In this document: positions 10,926-20,000 of the stretch, piece by piece
Numbering within the stretch: the stretch's first letter is position 1
Layout of the letters: every line of letters begins with the position of its first letter
Source of the DNA: Rotaria socialis
Taxonomy: Eukaryota
Length of the DNA: 20,000 bases
Direction of reading: 5' to 3'
Assembly: GCA_905331295.1 (NCBI GenBank)
Contig: CAJNYD010000357.1
Span: 135,586-155,585, forward strand
Notes under the pieces: generated by a model
What the model saw: only the letters and a program-made list of their open reading frames with translations
Told to the model about the DNA's origin: nothing
Databases searched by the model: none
Translations under genes and position numbers: made by a program

Positions 10926-11852
10926 TGTTTTTGCTTACCTGTGGAGTAAAGTAAACTACATCATTGTTTGTTAAAAATCAAAAAAGTATATCACTCACAC
11001 GGAGTACCCTATTCATGGTCTGAAAAAAGTTAAACATATATTTCATGTATTTTAGACACTAAAATGTATTGCAGTACGGGGCTGCACATCCCAGAATGAA
11101 AATGTATCGAATATAAATTGTTAGCATTTTGTTTGTTCACTATTCATTAACCGCTTTTGTCTTGTACGCATAAACATATATAAATAGCATAGCTGAATAT
11201 GAGAGGGATAATTTTTTTCAAAATAATTTTATTTCTAAATTATCTCTCAATAAATCATTGGTCGAGAAAATGCGAATCTTCATCATTACTCGAGAGAAGA
11301 CTAGTCTAAAACGGTCTGAAAAGGATGGAAAAACAAATGTGGATGGACAGATCTCAAGATTAAATCTAGTTGAGTTCTCAAATCAGGTATAATTATAATG
11401 AAATTAAATCGGACAATGTTCATTATATCCATTTTTACAAGCACCTACAGAAAGTACGTTGTGCATGTCGTAGAAAGTATGTTGTACTCTTCCTAGACAG
11501 GCCAGGTCACAGCGAGGATATCGTGTCGCGTAATGGGCTACATATCCCTTGACGGAAATAATAACATTTACAGTTTCTTCATGTGAATGATTTTTGAGAT
11601 TTTTAGCTCTGCTAGTATCACACTCTGGCATATGGACCTTACCTAGCCAGTGTCAGAGTATATTCAAAGACTTTCAGAACACTATCCAAATTTTGTTTTC
11701 AAACTTTGTTTTTTTTAGTTCCAACTGCATAAACTAAAGGTGCAGCCTGCATCGTTCCCAAGAAACACGGTATGTTATTGATTTGCATTTCTCAGTACCC
11801 AAGTATTATTGACCTAGGTGAAGTTAAAATCAGAGAAAACTAAAATTTATCC

Positions 11853-13130
11853 TTATTCATCTCTGACGATATTCCACCATTCAAACTCATGTTTCAGGCA
11901 TAACACGATGATTTTTATCCGATGGTATTCTTTAGAGTTTTTATATCTCAAAATAAGACTCTGGTCCTTGTACATGGTTATGCATAAGTATGTGAGAATC
12001 TTATTTGATGACATAGGAAATTTGAGCAGACTGTAGGACATAGCTCGTTGAGTTATACTTGAGAAACGAGGGTAAACGGTAGAACATCAACAAAAATAAA
12101 TGCGGGCAAGTTTTACACGAACCTGGTGCTCGAGCTTCTTTGGAAAAGTAAAGCCTTTGGAGATTTGCAGGAATATAGTAAGAGCTATGAGAAAAGATAT
12201 TATACTGTTGAATAGGCTACGTCGAAGTCTACTTGGAACATGCGTATGACCATTGAAATATTGTATGAAATGAGTATGGGTAAGTTTGAGTCTAACCTGG
12301 TACTAATTTTACCTATGTGTTTTACTGACGATCGTTAGTATTTACCTCTTGATTATAAATCAAGAAGCTTTGTCAGTAACTCCATGAAGATTTACATGAT
12401 CTGCCTATGAACTTCATTCTCTTCATCCTACATAACAGCAGCGCCAAAATCTTCATAATTTTCTGGAAACCTAAGTACTCTGGGGGTTTGAATATGTTCC
12501 CTTGATGGTGTAAGAGATAAGCAAAACTAATAAGACATTCATGCGATCGACTTGATCAATATCAATCGAGAAGGTTGAATAACTTTGTGAAGATTTATTT
12601 TGCTGGTGTCACATTAGATTTTAGAATCAGCGTTGTAAATTTTCGACCTGATGAGTCGATTTCCAAAAGATGGACGAACTGAAGTTGGCTAACATTATAT
12701 GCATTAGGTAGTATTAGAAGGAATCTATTTAGAAAATGAAATAACTTTGCTGAAGAATTCCCTCAACTAAATCATAACAGCTTTTATACAAAAGATCTGG
12801 ACTTTCACAAATTTCGTTCCATTATTTAGCATATTAGGCTGTACTCTAGTCGTTTTTCCTAAATTGGCAGTCGAATTTCATAAAGATCATATTGTCTTGG
12901 AAACTTACTTTTCTTTTTTCAAAAATCAACGCGCAGTAAATCATGTCAAAAGTGCTCGAATTCTGCTCTAAGATATCGAATATTTGAATGCCAAATCTCA
13001 ATAGCAGATTGAATATATTGACGAAGACAAAGAGAAAATACTAATAACTACATCTATTACAATCAAGCCTTCTAATTCAAAGCAATGATCTTTTACTGAA
13101 TTCCTTCATATGATTCGAACGATTGCATCA
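11853..13130 (-). pseudogene. Heavily decayed non-LTR (LINE-type) reverse transcriptase remnant
   Basis: Collinear degenerate RT-like motifs across frameshifts and stops: STFDMIY (12956-12936), FRKN..TRV (12863-12842), YKSCYDLV (12788-12765, ~KAFD), SFGNR...NLHKVIQPS (12670-12569, ~GVPQGS), YEDFGAAV (12457-12434, ~YADD), KY*R (12343-12332, ~KYLG), LRRSLFNSII...KKLEH...LARIY (12227-12090). About 148 codons (12299-11853) carry only one internal stop. Confidence 0.55.
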
Positions 13131-13157
13131 TGAGAATATTAATTTTAACGATCCAAC

Positions 13158-13274
13158 TAGGAGTTGACAGGCGCAGGTCTATAAACTCCATTGATATGAA
13201 GCAAAGAACTATTTCAAAAGCTCATTTGAACAAATTGAACTTTTTCGAACAGTTCTTTTCAAATGAACTGAACT
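13158..13274 (+). mobile_element. Fragment of a GAACT/AGTTC-rich hAT-like MITE end
   Basis: Starts TAGGAGTTGAC; core gaacagttcttttcaaatgaactgaact (13247-13274) matches the revcomp of 17641-17668. Confidence 0.4.
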
Positions 13275-13837
13275 TAAAGTTAAAATAGATATTATTCTAT
13301 CATGGTACTCACAAGTTTTCAAGATCGGTCGTATGAACATATCCATAGGTCTTCTAGTGAAATCCTATAAGAGTACCTGCAGATTCTAAGGTCCTACTAA
13401 GTAGAAATAATTGTGAGATCTCAAGTTTCATAATACACGCGCCACAGGACGTTAAGTCCTACCAGACACGAATATCAAGAGATCCTCAAGTCTTACTGTA
13501 TACGCCCAATATAACAGAAGTGGAGAATCTGTCGGTATATTTATTTAGTAGTGCCCGAAGTCCTACACGTAACTCTATATAATAGGACATCAGGCATTAT
13601 GGGTGTCACCATAGAATATTCAAGAAATTGCAGATGTTGAACCTGAAGTGTGCCCAGGAGGTACTGCACAAAAGGGACGACCAAAATGACAGAGCATATA
13701 TTACACTGATGCAACGAATTTCGATGAAACTTTGCGTATATGCAGCTTCTAGTGATATATGAAAAAGCTAAAAAACTCTTCTTCTAAATCCTTTTCCCAC
13801 TTGAGGTCTACAAGTCACTGTAGAGATACCTCATCTA

Positions 13838-14612
13838 ACGGGTGCGGCAGAAATACTTGCCGGTTTTTATATTTTATTTTTTTAATCATTTAGTACGTTT
13901 TATTAAAAAACAAAGTATACTACGGAATGCGGCGCGAAAAGCTCTACAATTTACATAAGATCACTTATTTTAAAGTTCTACGTTTTGTTTTCTAAATGGA
14001 CAAAGTTTCGAGTAATCAAATATCGGCGTTGCTCAAAGATTATTTATTTTTATCTCATGTTATCTTATCTTTTTATCATCTAATATGGCTTCAATAAAAA
14101 AACAAAATGTATCAATAGATGTAGCGTGAAAAGCTGCACAAGTTGCATCGGCGATTTTATTTAAATAAGAAAAGAATTTCTCATTGATGTCTAAAGAATG
14201 ATTCTTCCTAGTGCCGAATATTGGTCGCACAGAATTTCGTTTTCCTTTCAGAAAAAAAGCAACACAATTAAAATAAACTTTATTTTGTAGATTGTACAGC
14301 TCTTCACGCTGCATATTTTAATATGTTTTGTTTTCTGTTAAGAAAACATATTAGTTGATAAAGAGACGAAATAAGAAAAAAAATATTTCTTGTTCTCATG
14401 AAAGAAATGACCTTTGAGCAGCGACGATATTTGATTACTCGAAACTTTGTCCATTTAGGAAACAAAAATTGGAACTTTGTAATAAGTGGTCTTCTGTAAA
14501 TTGTAGAGCTTTTCACGCTGCACGTCATAGTATATTTTATTTTTTAATAAAACGTATTGAATGATTAAAAACATAAAATATAAAAGCCGGCAATTATTTC
14601 TGCTGCACCCGT
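13838..14612. mobile_element. Tc1/mariner-type MITE with ~210-bp TIRs
   Basis: ACGGGTGCGGCAGAAATA...TATTTCTGCTGCACCCGT; arms 13838-~14048 and ~14401-14612 share long exact stretches (ctaaatggacaaagtttcgagtaatcaaatatcg); TA on both sides. Confidence 0.92.
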
Positions 14613-15421
14613 TAGATGTCGACGTCTTAAAGCAGCTTATTGAAGAAGATTCGAGATTGCCTACATGGTGTTTAGTAGAGCGACTTGAATGCTCTCACAC
14701 TACAGTCGAAACACATATGAACGAATTAGGCAAGACATGGAAATCTGGGGTTTGGGTATCACATGAGTTATGGCCACATCAGCTCCAACTCTGAGTTGAT
14801 GCTTGTATGGATTTAATAGCATCTCATCGTAATTATCAATGGCTTTGTAATATTATTACTGGCGATGAAAATTGGGTTTTGTATGTTAATCATACGCTGA
14901 AGCGTCAGTGGTTAGGTGTTGGACAAGTAGGTGTAACAACGCCCAAAAATGACCTTCATCCAAAGAAGAGTATGCTAAGTGTTTGGTGGAGTGTAAAGGG
15001 GATTATCCATTCGGGGCTTCTTCCAGCTGGTTGCAACATCACTGCTGATCTTTATTGTCAACAGCTGGATTGGATTGCAGCAAAACTCCAGGGGAAGCAG
15101 GATAGAATTTATTTTTTGCATGATAATGCAAGACCACATGTCACAAAGTCGACTCATGAAAAGTTATCAAAGCTTCGATGGATTACAATTCCGCATCCAC
15201 CATACTCTCCGGATCTAGTACGAACGGACTACCACCTATATCATTCTTTATCTGATCATTTATGTGAAAAAAAATTCGACGATGAGAACGACTTCAAAAT
15301 GGATCCCGTGAGGTTCTTTGGTCAGAAGTCCCAGGAGTTCTACGAACCCGAGATTCTTTCTTTATCAGAATGTTGGCGACAAGTCATCGACAATGATGGA
15401 ACATACATTGTCGAAAGTTAA
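14613..15421 (+). pseudogene. Mariner (DD34D) transposase, 5'-truncated, one premature stop
   Basis: Second HTH (DVLKQLIEED...CSHTTVE), WVSHEL, TGDENW, HDNARPH, HPPYSPDL; 34 residues between the second and third catalytic Asp. ORFs 14561-14794 and 14807-15421 are one frame broken by TGA at 14792-14794 (probably ex-CGA Arg). Confidence 0.95.
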
Positions 15422-15464
15422 TTATATTTTGGAAGTTAAAACTAAAAATAAAATTTTCGAAAGA

Positions 15465-15492
15465 AACGCAAAAAAATTTCTTGCCAACCCCA
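15465..15492 (+). mobile_element. Right TIR of the mariner element
   Basis: Revcomp TGGGGTTGGCAAGAAATTTTTTTGCGTT resembles mariner TIRs; followed by TA at 15493-94. No matching left TIR seen. Confidence 0.75.
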
Positions 15493-15961
15493 TAGTTGCA
15501 ATAAACTGTATAATATTATCAGGGGCTCATAGACAATGAAAAAGAAAAGCGATGACAAGAAATCATTGACATGCTAACTGTTCACATCATGTACTAAAGA
15601 TAGCTTTTAGTTCATTGTACTTCATGATGTTGACTAATCTCAACTTGAGTCATACTTTTTTCTATTAAACTGCAATCAATATAGTGCAAATGCATTACCA
15701 AGAAAATATTTACTGTCAAAAAACAGTTTTAAAAAAGATTAACCAACGCATGATGGTTAAGTACTAGAGACCTGCAAAGTGGTCGCGGTCACGCGTGGCC
15801 GTGACCGTGACCGTGACTGAAAAACGTGGTCACGCAGGTCTCTAATTGACTTCCATTGCCGATGCAGAATTCTGTGATATAATTCATGGAATTTTCACAA
15901 ACTAATGTCATACTAGAAAAGGTCTATGTTGTGTTAACCATCAGTAGATGTTGTTACTTCC

Positions 15962-16334
15962 CATGTCACAAAAATCGTCGATTTATCGCGATTTCTTAGA
16001 CCGATAATTGCGAAATAATATCGCGATTAATGGTCTAAAACAGCGATTTTTCTTCCATCCTCGAAATCAAACACAATAAACGGAAAAGCCATAGGATTCT
16101 GATTAAAAAAGTCGATCATATGTAGAGTCGTTCTGTCAACAGTTAAATAAAAATCGTCGACGATATCGCGACTCGCGACAGATCATAAGGATTAGCGATT
16201 TCTGCTACTTATCACGAAAAAGTCGCCATTTAAGCAACATTTCGGTGATAATATCACCAAATGCTGGCGACTAATCAGAGATTTTTGTAAAAATCACGGA
16301 AAATCGTCAAAAATGAAGCGATTTTGATGACATG
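15962..16334. mobile_element. MITE nested in the hAT unit
   Basis: CATGTCACAAAAATCG versus revcomp CATGTCATCAAAATCG; interior rich in atcgcgat/aatcg/cgatt motifs. Exact termini uncertain. Confidence 0.65.
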
Positions 16335-16392
16335 AATTAGCAAGCCGACCTTTAATACCAACTACTCACACTATTCCAGGATCCATATATTT

Positions 16393-16639
16393 CTCTGTAA
16401 AAAAAAGTGGCACACGGAGCCTTTTTTCGGTAACATCTTGAGAACCATTTTCAAGTTCCACAGAAGAAGGCCAGAAATTCAAATGGTTCTGGACAGAAAT
16501 TCGGAACCTTTGAGAAATTTAGACTTTTGGATTGAACCTTAAAAATGGTTCCGAAAATAGTAGCCAAATCCGGAGCCTTAAAAGGTCCGAGATATTGGCC
16601 AAAACCTTAAATGGTTCAGGATGACACTTTTTTATAGAG
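16393..16639. mobile_element. Second MITE nested in the hAT unit
   Basis: ctctgtaaaaaaaagtggcacacggagcc versus revcomp ctctataaaaaagtgtcatcctgaacc; repeated gaacc...aaatggttc motifs inside. Confidence 0.65.
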
Positions 16640-17569
16640 TTCTTATGACTATGATCGTGACCGTGACCGTGACTAAAAAACGTGGTCACGCAGGTCTCTA
16701 TTAAGTACGTAGCAAGGTCCTCTTGCACCTTGTGTATCAGTTAAAATAGTTTTCTTGTATTCAGAACTTAATGTAAAAATCGAAAATACTTTTGTATAGA
16801 CAATTTCATGAGTACTACAATTTGGTTGAATAGAAGAGAAAAATTTGATAAAAAATGGGTTTCACACATGAATATCAGTCTTCTACAAATTCATGCTAGA
16901 AAACTCTAGCGACAATTCTCATATACACATTTGGAGTCAACATAGTGAATAATCTAGAAATACGGATTCCATCCAAAAACCGTTGGAAAGTTGCTTTCAA
17001 TTTTACCCTTATTAGGGTATATCCGAACACAAACAAAGCTGTTTTTCGATTCAGAACCAAATACCCAAAGCTTTGACAATTAGTACTGATGAGTAGAAAT
17101 CAGCTGTACTTAATTCCCGAGCAACAGCTTACAACTGGCTCAGATGATAAAAATCTTAGTCACAAGAAAAAAGGTTTGCTTAAGGTCTATAGAATATCTT
17201 TACCTCGTCTAACGAAGGAAAAAAGTGATTTTAATCATCCAAGTCTGTAGCGTATCTGTCGCAGTTTATACCTACAAAATGTCATGACTAGAAATATTAT
17301 TGACGAAAATCGGCGAAATACATAATACTGGAATACTGCAGTGGTAATCATCAGAGTTCAGCTGAGAGGTCTCTATTGTAACTGGAAGATCTCAGCGCAG
17401 AAAAGGATTTAGAGGGACAAATTTTTAGCTTTTCTCATATATCACTTGGAGCCAAAAATATGCAAAGTTTTATCGAGATCTATGGTGTCAGTTTAGCACA
17501 CAGTCCATTATTCTCATCGTCTCTTTCGTACAGTACCTCCTAGCGAATCTTCGAATGGCCAGCATAACT

Positions 17570-17753
17570 GTTCTTGAAAATCAGTTCATGGAGCTAAACT
17601 CTGTGAAAAGGTTCGGTTCCTTGAAAACACCTGGTGAAGCAGTTGAGTTCATTTGTAAGGAACTGTGCAAAACCTTGAATGGTGTTGTTCATCTTGATCA
17701 GTGTTATACAAGGTTTATTCATTATGAACTAAAGCTGAACTCGTCAACCTCTA
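17570..17753 (-). mobile_element. Second fragment of the GAACT/AGTTC-rich MITE family
   Basis: Revcomp starts TAGAGGTTGAC; similar to 13158-13274. Confidence 0.4.
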
Positions 17754-18476
17754 GTTTCAATCTAATGCTTATATCAAGATAATTGGAGACAAAAATATTC
17801 GTATTTGTGAGAGCAATAGTTGAGCCTATGGTAAAACGACGAAATTATCGTTTAAAGGAAGAAATATTGTTATGAAACAATGATACTTTTGCATGATAAG
17901 TTTTTTTCGAATACAAAATAGGAATACATTCACAAAAACGTAGTTGTGAAGATATTTGGCACTTGCTTACTCTCTCATGAATCAGTGCTGAAAATAATTC
18001 TAGCACTTTCTCTAATTATTATTCTTGGCGTCCATAGAAAAGTTAACCTAATCTTTGAATTAGGAGAATCGAATCCCCTTTACAAAGGTTCACTAAATTC
18101 AACTATACATTGTGAAAAATGTCAATTTAAGAAAAATCACAAGCAAAAAGACATGCTTCCTTAAGGGGATATGTATATCTCATCCTCGAAGTAAACATTT
18201 CAGTAATGACTACTTTATACTAAGATTGTATAAACATGCAAAGCTGACTAATTATATCGAACTATATGAATTTATGCTGCTAGTATGTCACAAACGAAGC
18301 ATTTAATCTCATAAAGGGTTCACTAACAAGTGACAGATTAAACAAGAAACAAAAAGAAAGAAAGAAAGGGAGTAAGAGTAAAAAGAATATTCAAATGACT
18401 TACCTGTTCGACCAAGGATTGAAAATCGTACACCTTTGCTGAGGCCTGCTGTGTATTTATAAGCTCGCAGAGTGGC

Positions 18477-18592
18477 AGAAAGAAAGAAAGAGAGAAAGGA
18501 AGAAAAAGAGAAAGAAAGAGAGAAAGAAAGAAAAAGAGAAAGAAAGAGAGAAAGAAAGAAAAAGAGAAAGAAAGAAAAAGAGAAGGAGAAAG
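18477..18592 (+). repeat. 116-nt uninterrupted polypurine (AAAG/AG) tract
   Basis: Only A/G from 18477 to 18592; purine-rich sequence continues to ~18637. Confidence 0.95.
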
Positions 18593-19024
18593 CGGCAAGG
18601 AGATACCGATAAAAAGAAAAAGAAAAAGAGAAAGAGACAATTTTTTGGTCAAAGCGATCAGTGCAAGAACGATGGACTGCTTATGCCTCAAGTGAGCAAG
18701 CTGAAGAGATATCGGCAACAAAGAATAGAGAGTGATAGATAAAATACTTGTATTGTCGGTGATCACCGACGAACCAAGTGTGTACAAATAAGGATGAAGA
18801 CAACGGAGCGATTGTTTCGTCCCTATGCCCTCAAAAAAACGGATGAAGCAGCTCGTAAACAACTAATCACTCAAGAACAAGAGACGAAAAGCGAGACTTT
18901 ATCTACTTCAAAAAGCATTTGAAGTACTGTGAAGTAGGGATGCCAGGGTAACGATTAATCGTTCATCGATCCACCTTAATTGTCAGTGAAATGGTATGCA
19001 GTTGGACCGATCAAGCGATTAAGA

Positions 19025-19416
19025 ATAGCACCTCAAGGTGATAGAATGCGAATCTGAATTCTGATTTAAAAACGTATTGAAGTTGAGTTTTTCTTGGTAA
19101 GGGATGGTTTTTGAAGAAAACAACAATATCCCATAAAGATTGACGAAAACACATCCGAGGTCGGAGAATTCGAAGTCAGATTTCAAAAATTTTGAAGCTG
19201 AATTTTCATGCAAGGGAGGGTTTTTTTGAAAAAAATAACAGTATTTCATAAAGGCTGATGAAAGTTGACCCTCCCTTACCTGGAAAACTCGGCTTCAAAA
19301 TTTTTGAAATCTGACTTCAGATTCGGATTCTCCGACCTAGGATATGCTTTCATCGACCTTTATAGGATATCGTTGTTTTCTTGAAAAGACCTTCCCTTAT
19401 CCAGGCAAACTCAACT
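19025..19416. repeat. Foldback-like repeat: ~115-120-bp tandem units followed by an inverted copy
   Basis: 19081-19221 is the revcomp of 19268-19416 (aagtcagatttcaaaaattttgaagc exact); 19085-19150 also recurs directly at 19200-19265. Confidence 0.85.
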
Positions 19417-19884
19417 ACGATTGAAGTACGGCGAAGTACGAACTCTCGCCTTTTCCTCCTTGCTCAAGTACCTGCAGGAGCATGAAGCAGAAAATCAAAG
19501 ATAGAGCAATCAATTAAAATATCTGACAAAAGCTTTGGCACACTACGAAAACAGCACACTAACTGCTCGGTTATACCTGTGTAGCAACATATTCAGACTA
19601 AAATAGAAAATCATGAAAATATTTCATTAAAGAATACGATTCAAAATGAAACATTCAAAAGCTACTCATACTATTCAACTTCATGTTTCTCGACTAGCTA
19701 CAAATGCTCACAACTATGTGTTTTCTGTGGCAGCTCGTGATCATGTCGCTTGGTTACAGACTTAATCATGAAAAAGTACCAGGACCAGGGGAACAAAAAT
19801 AGACTCCTATATTTCCAAATTACAAAAGTACATCAAAATACTACTAAGTATCAAACTAGTATGAAAAACTACACAGAGATACTG

Positions 19885-19914
19885 TTATGTCAGTAGAGAC
19901 ATCTCCTGACATAA
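19885..19914. other. Small hairpin
   Basis: ttatgtcag (19885-19893) and ctgacataa (19906-19914) form a perfect 9-bp stem. Confidence 0.6.
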
Positions 19915-20000
19915 GAAGGCCCTCTTTATCCCTCTATCATACTCATGAGATGGAACCGACTGGTGGAATAGAGAGATAGAGAGAGTGTAGGCTTTGTGCT

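Larger units (their letters stand above)
15765..16700. mobile_element. Compound non-autonomous hAT unit (936 bp) with one left end and two right ends
   Basis: TIR TAGAGACCTGC at 15765; GCAGGTCTCTA ends at both 15844 and 16700; perfect 8-bp TSD TTAAGTAC at 15757-15764 and 16701-16708; CGTGAC subterminal repeats. Confidence 0.92.
13656..17541. mobile_element. Old long-TIR element (~180-bp inverted arms) acting as container of a transposon nest
   Basis: 13656-13836 aligns by eye to the revcomp of 17362-17541 (aggaggtactg, aaactttgc, agtgatatatg, aaaagctaaaaa, tctaaatccttttc are shared); diverged, TSD unclear (ca/ta). Confidence 0.7.

Noticed and set aside
11370..11552. RKYVVLFLDRPGH resembles a pogo/IS630 DDE motif
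   Set aside because: One short motif with no other catalytic segments or TIRs.
14561..14612. ATG and first 17 codons of ORF 14561-14794 as the transposase N-terminus
   Set aside because: These codons come from the MITE TIR and are in frame by chance; the frame stops at 14792.
16410..16620. CRISPR-like spaced repeats (gaacc...aaatggttc)
   Set aside because: Repeats are degenerate, lie within MITE TIRs, spacers are not unique, and the context is eukaryotic with no cas genes.
13158..17753. Single large hAT element bounded by TAG..GTTGAC ends
   Set aside because: Flanks gatccaac and gtttcaat do not form a TSD; treated as two related fragments.
18338..18862. 174-aa hydrophobic ORF resembling a membrane protein
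   Set aside because: The F/L/S run is just the translation of the polypyrimidine tract.

Overview
AT-rich eukaryotic genomic DNA, probably from an invertebrate animal; the mariner and short intron are compatible with a bdelloid rotifer or another spiralian (inference only). One spliced host gene lies on the minus strand: a TCAF/FAM115 (peptidase M60-like family) homolog with coding exons 9636-8851, 1675-1207 and 1140-1039, probably continuing off the left edge. Its 7.2 kb first coding intron and the upstream region are dense with transposons: several MITEs with readable TIRs/TSDs, a non-autonomous hAT element with a perfect 8-bp TSD, a heavily decayed LINE-type reverse transcriptase missed by the ORF track, and a nest at 13.66-17.54 kb. 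That nest holds a long-TIR MITE, a 5'-truncated DD34D mariner, and a compound hAT unit with one left end, two right ends and two internal MITEs. I see no evidence for a novel multi-gene system; the interest is in transposon architecture and in how the host gene is spliced. Family assignments rest on recalled motifs and by-eye alignment, not database searches.
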